64,000 bases of DNA from NCBI GenBank assembly GCA_024704765.1, contig JAKMXF010000177.1, positions 568,963 to 632,962 on the forward strand, written 5' to 3'. How positions within the stretch are numbered: position 1 is the first letter of the stretch; each line of letters opens with the position of its first letter. Below the pieces are notes generated by a model. That model was not told the DNA's origin, made no database searches, and saw only the letters and a list, made by a program, of their open reading frames with translations. The position numbers were made by a program, and so were the translations under genes. This stretch comes from Oopsacas minuta. Its lineage: Eukaryota; Animalia; Porifera. Below, piece by piece: positions 14,201 to 26,200 of the stretch.

Positions 14201-17200
14201 AATAGATCTAAATTTCTTCAATTTCCGAGAATCATTCTTACTAGATGTGATTTCAGAGTTGACATTGCGAACTTTATTAGCTAGTATGCAATTAGTACAT
14301 ACACTAAGGATCTTCCTAAGGATAGTCCAACCAGAAGTACCACAGCCCTTACAATTATCTCTCCAATGTGGGCTAAAATTATCAACCAACATATTTTCAG
14401 TCAGCTGAATTAATACCTTCCTTGATGGCGAGGAACAGAAGTGTTTCCTAAGAGTTTCATTCTCATCAACCTTGATAAATATTTTCCATAATACAACAAT
14501 TGATTCAACTACTATTTCTGAAGGCCATTTCAGAAAACCACGATCAATGTACCTTATAAGGTCATATTTAATCGTGTCTGTAATATCAATATCTTGGTTC
14601 TCAGTTAGTTGCTGACTACAAAGATGGCAAGTGGCAGTTTTAAGATAAGAGTATACAGCGTAACCACCAATAAATACAATTAATTGGAGAACATGAAGGT
14701 CGAGGTCAATAGAATTTAGATCATGTAACAATTCAGTATACTTATCGCAAGATATATTTGTGAATTCATCCAAAGTTGGAGAAAATGTGTTAATGGATTG
14801 TTTTTGTTTTGAATAAACTAGAGATCATCAAGGCAAAACCTTTTTAGTCGAAGTAGTAGGATCAATCTCACCAACCACCTTCCCGCCTAAACAACATAAT
14901 ATGAAAAGTTAGAACACCATAATTAGAAATTATATTACCATGTATTACCTTGATAAGAAATATCAGATGAAACGTGGATCTCGTCCATATTGAGGGCAAC
15001 ATGTCGATTCCCCTTAGAAAAATCTACTGTTAAGTTCTTAAGTATATGGAAATATTCACTATCTAACCCAGGGGTGCCCAACATACGGCCCGCGGGCCAA
15101 ATCTGGCCCGCGTAATAATTTTATCCGGCCCGCGCAAAATTTGCACTTTGTAATATATACTATTTCTTCATGGACAATTCCTAAGCCACATTTCGATAGC
15201 ATTCATACTGGGTGTCGAATTTCAATGTATTTGACATTTTGAGGATTCTTATTCATTTTCAATACACGACAGGTGCATGCGTTTAGTAATAATAATCCTT
15301 AGCGGTGTATAAATATAAACTAGTATAATTCTAACCTTATAATTGAAATTCAGATACTGCGTTTACTCATCTCCTAAATTACCTGTAGAATATATATATC
15401 ATTTATATTAATGGAGCCTTGTTCTAAGAAAAGGAAAGTTGATATCGAGAGTAGAACTTTCAACGACAGCTGGACCGAGAAATACTTTTTCACCAACTTG
15501 CTTAATATGCAAGCAGGTCATCGCAGTGATGAAAGAGTACAACATCCAAAGACACTATAGTGCTAAACATCAAGATTACAAAGCATGCTCAGGGCAGATA
15601 CGGAAGGATAGAGTACAATCATTAATAAGGGAACTTTCGGTACAGCAAAATATTTTTACAAATACTAATTCTGAGTCAGAAAAAGCTGTTCGTGCAAGCT
15701 TTGCCATTTCCAAACTTATTGCAAAGAAATATAAGCCATTTACTGATGGTGAATTTATCAAGGAGTGTGTTATTACTTTGGCGCAAATTATGTGCCCAGA
15801 GAAACAAGTTATTTGAAAACATTAGCCTTTCAAGAATGACAATTAGCCGTAGGATAGAGAACTTATCAACAGACTTAAAACTTACTTTAGAAAAACGTGC
15901 GAGTGAGTTCCAGTACTATTCTCTGGCCCTTGATGAGAGCACAGATGCCACTGATACTGTCCAACTTGCTGTTTTTGTAAGAAGAATCGATTCAAAGTTT
16001 AATCTTACAGAAGAATTGGCGAACTTACATAGCCTTCACGATAAAACAACTGGAGTTGATATTTATAAAGCGGTGATGAATGGAATTGATGCTATCGGAC
16101 TTAAGTTGAATAATTTATGTGAGGTAACGACAGATGGCGCACCATCAATGATTGGGAAGGAAAGGGGCTTCGTTGCTCTTCTGGAGAAAGAAAGGATCAA
16201 TTCAGGAAGTAGTACTATGAAATTAGTCAAAGTGCATTGTATAATTCACCAGGAAAATCTCTGTTCAAAGCCATTAAGAATGCAGGGTGTAATGGAAATA
16301 GTAGTGAAAACTGTCAACTTCATTCGTGCTCGAGGACTCAATCATCGACAATTTCGAAAACTTTTAGACGAAATGGATTCTCAATATGGAGACCTTCTTT
16401 ACTATACGGAAGTACGATGGTTAAGTAGGGGTGCGATGCTTCGACGCTTTTATGAACTCAAAGAAGAAGTATTTCATTTTATGGAGGAGAAGGGGAAACC
16501 AGTTTTTCATCTCAATGATCCATTATGGTTGTGTGACTTGGCATTTTTGGTCGATATCACTCAATATTTGAATAACCTCAACTCAAAATTACAAGGAAAA
16601 AATCTGCTTATTCACAATTTGTTTGACTTCATTTGCGCTTTTGAAAGAAAGCTCGAGATATGGGAAAAACAATTAATAGAAGAAAATCTTTATCACTTTG
16701 AAACCTTATCAAAACATTCCCCTCCAGATACAGGTGTATACACAATCAAAATCAATTCCCTGCACAAAGAATTCGAGAATAGATTTAAAGATCTTCGTAG
16801 CAATATTGTAAACTTCGCTATATTCTCAAATCCTTTCTCTTTAGAACCTATTGAACTCCCCGAGCATCTCCAGCTAGAATTGGTTGACATGCAATGTAAC
16901 CAGGACTTGAAAGCAAAATTCAATGATGTCACACTTATGGACTTTTATCAAAAGTATTTATCATCATCAGATTACCCCAATCTTATCAAGCATTGTAAGA
17001 TGATGGCTTGTTTATTTGGGAGCACATACATATGTGAACAACTGTTCTCCCAAATGAAGCTAGTAAAAGCAAATGCAGAACTGTTTTACTGATAGACATC
17101 TCGAAGATACATTAAGAATAGCTACTACGGATATGGAACAAAACATCGACCATATAGTCAGACATATGCGTCATCAATCGTCATCCATGTCAAAGTAGTA

Positions 17201-20200
17201 AATCATTGTCTGTACTCGTATTAGCGGTGGTAAAATGAGTATTCGGGTTTCTTATTAGTTAGTATTTTTGATCATTTTCTGTAGTCTGCCAATATTTCAT
17301 ATGTGTGTTCCCTTTCTGTAGCATTTCCACTTGGATATTCCAACAAATTTTCTCTAAATAAATCTGAAAATTATAAATTGGTCCATGTGGCCCACCAAAC
17401 TATTGAGGAAGCCAATGTGGCCCGCAATTAAATCGAGTTGGGCACCCCTGATCTAACCCAATGCAAGACGATAATGCACGAAGTAATCTAGTTGTTGGAA
17501 GAAATAGACAATCCAATGATTGAAAAAACCGATAGCAAGCAGGTGAGATCAAATGTGCTTTCAAGGCGACTGCCTAGAATGAGTAAAAAGGGTAAAAAAA
17601 GAAACAAAATAGATAAGAAATGTAGAAACACTAACCTGAGTAACTACGTTATATCCCCTTTTGGTTGGTGAAACTAATGAGTTTCCAAGCTAACAAGTAA
17701 TGAACTGTAGGAGAGGTAACAAAGTAGTACCCTTTACATCATGCTCAGTTATTTCTGTATTTTCTAATATTGAGATTGATTATTGTAATTTGGTGACGGC
17801 CTCTTTGATATTTTTCTAGAAAAAACTGGATTCAAATAACTCAGGATTAGTGTAGTTTAGAATATCACCAATTAAGATTTCAATTCCGTATATCTGTTAA
17901 TCAACTGAGATTCAAAGGAACTTGGTGTTGGCAACAAACTGCTGAAACTGTTAAATCTGAATGAATTGATAAGGTAGATAGAATATGTATAGACTGATTG
18001 GCGAATTCCAGCTGTATGATCTCTAAGGTATTGCTAGAGGAGTACCAGATCGCCCAATCTTGGTTAAGGTGTAACTCTGGCAACTTAATTTTAAGATCCT
18101 CAAAATTCCCCAAACCGAACCGTAATGAATCTTGTTGATCTTGTATAATGCTATCATGAAGAGCTTTAGCAAAGTTTTCCTCTTCCTTAGATTCAAGATT
18201 TAAACGCTTTGCTATTTGACCAGTTATATTCAAGTATGATGGGCCTGCTTGGAAAATAATAGGCACTGCATTCGGACGATAAATTGGTCTAATGCGTGGT
18301 ATTTCAGAGCAGCAACCATCAGCTTGGAGTGCCCGGTCAACGTGGATAAGATCTTCCTCCTAAAATGGTGTATGCAAATGAATATCTTATCCTCTGGAAG
18401 GTCTTCGGCTAGATCCCTATGAAGAGCTCTAATCCACTTCCCTTTCAAGTCTTAGATCCTTTCGGTAAACTGAAAACAGTGCCAGTAGGGTGACCTCTGT
18501 AATTAGTTTTGCACCCAAATACAGAACATGTATTTAGCATTAAGAAGTGTCTAAAATACATGTGAATAAAAGAAAAAGGTAAAACGAAGAAGGAGGAAAT
18601 GTATAAAGACGAAAAATCAGGGAATTCCAATCACGGGACAAGTTTCCGGTAAAATACAGCATAGAATATTCCAAACAGTACCTGTGTTCATTTCATAATA
18701 TAAATTAATGATATAATCCAATTATGGTTTAGATGTTATGGGTTATTAATGATATTTTATTTAAATGACTTCTATCTCATCCCTGGTCCAATTTCAGAGT
18801 CGATTTCCAATTGAAATAGCCACATTTATCGTTTAAAGTTCATAAGTAATAATAAATAGCACAAAAACGAATGCACTTGTAGTTCATCCATGATCCAGTA
18901 TTTTTTGTTGTTACCGTCCTTATATTACGTAGTTCACGCCTTACTCAATTTGGACGGTAACATATATACAGTAGATGTCGGATATAAGAACACCAACTTG
19001 AATTACGGATACTTTTGTGTTCTATTCCATGGATTTTTTTACCGGTTATAAGAACATTCTATGCCGGATATAAGAACATCATAATAGAAAACGGTTACTA
19101 TATACCCTATATAAATTCTGCTGGTTATAAGAACACTCTTAGTGTAGTACTAAAATTGGTTCTCATTACCAGTATGTTTGTAGAAGTCGGGATTAATTAT
19201 ATAGTAGATGTGAGAATACTTTTCTTTAATATGGTTTCTACATCCAAATGTGATTAAATGAAGTGTTCTCATAACTGGCATCTACTATACTACATAGCGG
19301 TTATAAGAAAATTATGTCCAGTTCCCGACGATTTTCTTATAACTGACATTCACTGTACTGTAACTTTAAACTGGCAAAGAAACAAACTATTTATCATACT
19401 AAAGATGAGAATGCTAATTGAACTAACTTTTCTAAGTAGTTGATTCTTGTCTAATTTATCGATTGATCTATGATTATTTGTAGTTACCAACATTTGTACC
19501 TGATTACTTCATTATTTATGGCGAAGATTATCTAACTATCACGAATAAAGTGGAACAATTATATCTTGTCGAAAAGAAAGATGCTCTTACCCTTTTCTTC
19601 AATACAGAACCAGTAAGTAATTGTAATAGTTCCTAGTTAGTTAGTGTGTTCAGGGAATATCTCAAAGTCCGGGAACAGATTCCTTAGCAAGAAATTTCTT
19701 CACCAGTGTGTTTATAAGGGTGTCTACTAAATCTCAAAAAATTTGAATGCAACTCCCGTAGGGGAACCTAACCAAATTCTATAAACTGGAAATTGTCACC
19801 TGTGTCTCTCTCGAAATTATTCATAAGGGATAGTTACCAGGCTATTAAGACTGAAGATGTTCTGATCACTTTTGAGTGATTACAAATATCACAATAAACA
19901 TTAACATAGCCTACTCTATGAAATTAGATTCGATTTAAAGAGGAAAGGAGTTTATGCATTTTAACGTGTTCAAATATTCCTGGTGGTTGTGGATTCCTAC
20001 TTTCAGCAACTGTCATCGGGTACCCTATGGGAGTTGAATTTAAACTTATTGAAACATGTTAGTGAACACTCTTCAGGCGCGGTACGTCCCTTCGAAAAGT
20101 GCTACGGCGACAAATTCACAGTACAGTACAAACCGGTTTTTAAAGCAGCCCCTATAGGGAGATGCCGTGATGGTATAGACGATATGCCACGTCCGTAAGT

Positions 20201-23200
20201 CCGTCTGTGCTGCCCTGAGAAATCTGGTGCATTGCTGCATCAACACGTGCCCCTGAAAAGAACAAAAATACATAACCCTGAGCTGCACTTCCAGTTTGTC
20301 GGTTGGACATTTTTTCTTACTATTTCTTTACACGGAAAAACGAAATAATTACAATTGTACGGCGCTCTACGCACCAACCATACCGGGTATGCTGCCCCTG
20401 CCAATATCAACACATAGGTGAAGAAATTTCTTGCTAACGAATTTGTTCTCAGACTTTAGCTGTTTATTCACATTCCCTACTATCCAAAGATATTTCATGT
20501 AAAGGTTTACCTATACTGTTGCTGCATTTAAATTATCTTCACATACTGGAAAAGCAAAAACCTATTCAAGTATTCTGAATCCTCATTGACCGGAATGTAG
20601 CCAGAGACATGGGACAAATCTGACTACACCTCTGCTCATTGAAGACATTGACCAGATTAGATTATCATTTAAGAGTGTCTTAACTTTAAGGTGGAGCATC
20701 CTCTTCATATTCACTGTAACACAATAGATGTCTTATATGTAAGCCAAGCGCAGCAAGAATATATATTTGGGAGTAGCTGTGTGACTATACATAATTCGTG
20801 TTATATTACCTCCCTTTTATCCTTTCAAGCTTTAGGTCAGAAAAATGAACTGAACGTCTAAACCGTGTGTTATTTGAAATATATACACGGACATTCTATG
20901 CTATATAATATTGTTTTTGTTGTATTATTTCAATTATCTGCTTTAATATCAAATACATTTTCTTTAGGAAAAAGCATTGAAATCATTTGAATATGTATTA
21001 TATTCAATATTTCAAGAAGTTATCAAATACTTCATGGTACTTCACGATGAAATGAGCATTGAGCAGGTAATGTTAGTTGACTAATTCATTAATAATAGTA
21101 CTTACTTGTATAAATAGAAAATACTGAAAACTAATGCCTTTGTCGTCAAATTTGCCTATTTTCGGAATCATTTTGGTTTAGATTTGAAATACTCTTTTCT
21201 CTAGCTGCATTAGCTAACAAGCAAGCTTCGGCTTGTGCACACTTTGTGCACAAGCCGCGGAGCAATAAATTAAATATAATAATGAGTATATATATCCCGA
21301 CCCGAGTCCGAATCGTGTTTACTTTATAGATCCCGACCCGAGTCCGAATCTCAACACGAACTGACTGAACCAGGGACGTAGGGAGCAAGGTTATTGGTGC
21401 GCCTTGCCATTCCAGCTCCTACGGACTTGTGACTCCGCACCCTACCCGAAGGCATCTCCCTATAGGAGCTACACTAAAAAATGTTCAGCTGACATACTGG
21501 AGTCAGCTCGGACATCTGGGTTATGTTTTCACCCCTGATGAATAATGATTAGTCATTAGAAACAAATTAACAATATCATTTAAAATATGAGCGTAATGGA
21601 GTGAAAATGCGATTAATCATATGATAAAATATGTAGAAGTAGTTGTTAAAATATCATAATTGGAATCTACATACTTGGTTACCCCTGACTAACAGTCGAA
21701 ATGAAGTTTCTAACATCAAAATATATTTTGATGTTAGAAAGATTTAACAAATGATTAATCATATGAGAAATCTGTGGATTTTAAACTTTCAGACTATGAA
21801 AATGTCAAATTCGGACTCTACGCACCCAATTACCCCCGACGATACGTTGAAACCTAAACTCTAGCATGTCTTTGAATGTATATGTGTACCAATTGTCATG
21901 TGAATCCGACTGCTAGATTTTGCACGTCACACATTGTCTATGCCATAAGCGCATCTCCCTAAGGAACTGCACTAAATCATTGGGTTTTAATCAAGGTTGC
22001 AACCAAATAATATATGGCGAATTGTTCAATATTCGGTTTCCAACTGAATATCAGTATTAAGTATTCAGTCAGGCTGCTTTTCGTGAATACTGATATTCGG
22101 TTCTATCAGTTTCAACCTTGGTTAATTGTATATACAAGATGTAGCCAGGGACTTTTCTGGGAATAATTAGATGATTGCAAGGGACAAACTATCATTTCTG
22201 ATTTATTGGATTCATTAATACTATGTAGGTAGGGAAATGATTTCATCTTGTTTCTAGAAATTTTGCACTCTGATTGATTTTGTTAATAATGATTTTGCTA
22301 TGATAAATCAAGAGCTAAAGAACCTTACCAATCAAATAGCGACGAACAACTTGGGAGATGGAATTCTGCCCAATCTCATTCTAAATGATCGTTGCAGAAA
22401 CAATGAATTATTCCTAATCAGACTAATCTACCATGTAGCTGTTATGCTATCTTATAAGAAATATCACCAGCTGTTCCTACCTATTGCTTTGATTTATGAA
22501 AAACCTGAGACATTAAATGATAAGTTATTTCCTACTATGATGGATGATCAGTTTCTATTTACAAAGAATGCTATGACTGAAGGTGGGAAATGGTATGAAT
22601 GTCCTAATGGTCATCCCTACTTCATTGGAAATGTAAGTTTAGAGTAAACTATTCGGATAATAAAGAGATATATTAATCAATACTAATAAATCTCTGAATT
22701 TCCCGAATAGTTTTACTCTAACGTCACTTTCAAATTTCAAATTTTGACCACTGTTCCTATACAATTGCCCTATCCATCAATTGTATTCTGGATTTATTCA
22801 TGTTTTGTATCTAGTGTGGGAGACCTTGGGTGGTTTCTACATGTAGAGAGTGTGGCTCCCAAGTTGGTGGGAGTAGGCATAAATTAGATGATAAGAATAA
22901 ACTCCTCGATGTAGCTAAAAATGAAACTAAAACAGGATACTTCATTGGAAAAATGAACCATGCTACAACCGTTCTTGCAGGGGAAAGGTAATTTGTGTCT
23001 GAAATCAAATCAAGGAATTGATTATTATTATTATCATCTATAGGTTACTTGGCCCTGCATCAGTTAAGATAATCCGTGTATTGATTGACATCTCTTTCAT
23101 CTGGTCATCATGTTCTAAATACCCAACAGTTAGTAGCCATGTGCTTCCTTCTCTTGTGACAAAAGGATTAGATGACCCCAGAGATCTTCCTAACTTCTTC

Positions 23201-26200
23201 TATTTGCATCTAGAGAGAGATATTATGGATCTGGTAAAGCTAACTGGCAAGAACTTTGGTGAAGTTGTATTTTACCTCCATCTGATAATCAAATCCCTGA
23301 TGGAGACATCAGAACAAACATGTGAGTAGTAGTATTCTATATCAGCTGATCCAGCGTTCTGAGTTCTAACAATTGTTTTAGAATTAAGGGTTTATCGTTC
23401 CCCCAGTATAGGGTAGGCCGATAATTATTAGCTTAATTAAAAGTACCGGGTAATATTCATGATTGACGTTTTTGATGGAGCATACTTTATCCTAGTTAAC
23501 GAGCCTTTGGCTCATCGCTTTGCGATTAATTCGGTGCTTTGCGCCTCGATATAACCATTAATATCCTAATTGATTCATATTACATATATAAGTATATTAT
23601 ATCACGAAATCAACAGTAAATTTACATATGAGAAACTTCAAATACGAAATTCGGATTCAGCGTACTTTTTACCACTATTTTAACCTTTGCAAGCAAGTCT
23701 CTATGTATATCTTGAGATTTGACTCATCTCTTTACTACAGTAAAACCTGTCTTTTACGACAACCAGGGGTTCCAAGGAAAAAGTCCGTAATGACAAGTGG
23801 TCCTTGATCACAGGTTTGGAATAGCCATTCGTTTAATATTTATATCAGTCTCAACCTTTTCGAACTGGGGAATACTAAAAATTCAAAATTCGGTCAGGAA
23901 AGGTGGCATATTGTGGGGAACCTGTGATTCAAATTCCAAACTTCTATCACGTATATTAGCTGAGCTGTAGTTAATAATTTGATTATTCGAAAATCCAAAA
24001 AGGTGACAATGATCTTGTCCGAACCAGGCCCAAAATCAGCCCTTGGTGCCTTCCAGTTTCTCCAATCAATTCTGGACATATATATATATATACTAGCGCG
24101 CTTCGCTTTCTAGATCGCAGCGAGAGCTTAGTGCCCCAGGTTTGCTTAAGTATTAATTAAATAGTTCAAAAGTGGTATTGGCTAAGTTGTATAATACGTG
24201 ATCAATTTTGACGTCTTATCCGTCTAGGATAACCTGAGATATGAGATTTAACATTGTTCTACTTGTATAAGCCAAATTATTATCAAATATTATATAATTT
24301 GGTCAACTTATACTGAGAATTCTCATTAACAATTATAGAACTACTGTTATGATGGATAATACTTATTGCAGAAATCAGCCTAATATAAATTACGTCACCA
24401 AAAATTGTAAATTGAACGTATAACATATTATAGTAATACGTCTTCATTGAAAGATGTATTAACAAATACTCGGAACTACGTGCCTTGAATTCACAGAATA
24501 GATAAATTTTAAGATTTATTATCCATGATCCATCCAAATTACATTTACCGGGTAATTCAAAAAAATGCAACCCAAAAGTAAATGTTTGCAGTGAAGACAA
24601 TTCTTAATCAAACTCAATCAAACTCAGAACATACGTAGAATATCTATATTTTTAGTACATATTAAAAATTCAGCGTACTACAGTCAATATTTTATGAATT
24701 AGAGCAAATGTTCCAAATGACCTCCTTTGAGTTCTGTACATTTCTTGAGTCGTACCACCAAGTTGTTCATGACATTTTTGCATACAGTGGTCGGAATCTT
24801 TCTTATTTCTTCTCTGGTGTTTTCCTTCAACTCGCTGATGGTTCTAGGCTTAGTAGAATAAACTCGGTCTTTAAGATAGCCCCACAAGTAGAAGTCAGGA
24901 GGGTTTAAGTCGGGGCTATAGGGGGCCCACTCAAAATTCGTCTTGAGACTGATGACTCTTGCTCCAAAGTGTTCTTTGAGCCAGTCCCTGGAGAAATTTG
25001 AGGTGTGTGAGCTCGCTCCATCTTGTTGGAACCAAAAGTGATTCAGAAGTGATGAGTAGAAGACTCTGAGCTGCTCCCAGAAGAGCTCAAGGACCTGGAC
25101 ATAATGTTCTTTCGTAACTGTAACAGCCCTGTCATTTTCTTCAAAAAAGAATGGTCCTATGATCCCTTTCGCCGAAATGGCTGCCCATACTGTGCATTTT
25201 TCTGAGTGTAGTGGTTTCATTGCAACTTCCATTGGTCTCTGGGTTCCTCAGAACACGTTTGTCTTGGAGTTGATTTTTCCATTTAGGCGAAAGTGGGCTT
25301 CATCGGACATCCAAAGTAGTGAAAGAAATCGGTCCTGACATTCAATTTTTTCTAACAAATTCTTGGACATTTTAAGCCTTTTGGACTTATCACCAGCTGT
25401 TAACATCTGTTTTGTTTGTATACGATATGGAAACCTCTTAAGATCATCAATTAGGATCCTCCTGATAGTGCTTGCAGATATTTTTCTATCCAATGACAAT
25501 GATTGACTCCTCCGCCTGATTGACCGTTTTGGACTGAATTCAACAGAATTTCGGACCATCTCAATAACTTTTGTTGGTCGTTTCTTTCTCCGACCAGAAT
25601 GCGTTAGTCTGTCATCACACTTACTATTGAGGTTTTGAACTGTCCCATACTTCCTAAACTTCTCCACCCAACGATAGATCATCGATTTATCGGGAGCAAC
25701 TTGGGTCTGGAATGATGTACGAAATTGCGTCTTTACAGTCTCGTATGAGGAGATATTAAAATAATGTTCCACGCAGAAAATTCGGTGTTGCAGTATCCAA
25801 TTTGGCATTTTCTGATCGTTTAGACTCAAACTAATTATAATCAAAAAGAATAAATAGGATTAGTTAAGAAATAAAGATAGGGTACCCGTAAAACATTTTG
25901 GGTTGCATTTTTTTTGAATCACCCTTTAATGGCCTTCTGTGATGACACTGGAGATGCTATGTCACTTGTGGTTAGTACTCTTGGCACTTCGTGCCTCGGC
26001 TAATAAGAAATTCTGAAATTTTAGAAATTGGGAGAATTTTGATATTTTTGTACAGTCATGATGACGTGATAATCTCCTGATGAGTTAGCTTTAGTCTAAA
26101 TCATGACATCAGAACATGTGACATATTCATGGGTACTTGTGATTCAAATTTCAAACTTCTATCATTTATATTGCTGAGCAGTGGTTAAGCGAATATTTTA

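Larger units (their letters stand above)
14198..18540 (-). pseudogene. THAP9/P-type transposase pseudogene
   Basis: ATG at 18540: MLNTCSVFGC..KWIRALH..FICIHHF..AVPIIF (THAP, frameshifted); LISPACYRFF..LPTTRLL; MDEIHV..YQGGKVVG (first catalytic Asp region); C-terminal FIGGYAV..CHLC..IDRGFLKWPS. Two 62-nt GT-AG introns (17574-17635, 14887-14948). Most of the catalytic core is deleted near 14800. Confidence 0.85.
13865..18938 (-). mobile_element. P-superfamily (THAP; Galileo/1360-like) transposon, internally deleted
   Basis: ~185-bp TIRs (13865-14049 / 18756-18938, CGTGAA..TTCACG); 7-bp TSD CCTTACT at 13858-13864 and 18939-18945; THAP transposase remnant inside. Confidence 0.85.
11792..18962. 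mobile_element. Foldback element with TGT..ACA termini and ~660-bp arms (Ginger-like ends), outermost layer of the nest
   Basis: TGTTACCGTCCAAATTGAGTAAGG at 11792 and its exact reverse complement ending 18962, both flanked by TATA(TA). Left arm 11792-~12455 matches right arm ~12960-13864 plus 18946-18962 once the inserts are removed. No ORF in the ~500-bp spacer. Confidence 0.8.

Noticed and set aside
24092-24135. Helitron 3' end on the minus strand (GC hairpin then CTAG|T)
   Set aside because: The hairpin is imperfect and only a few bases from CTAG; no matching 5' TC end or Rep/helicase was found.
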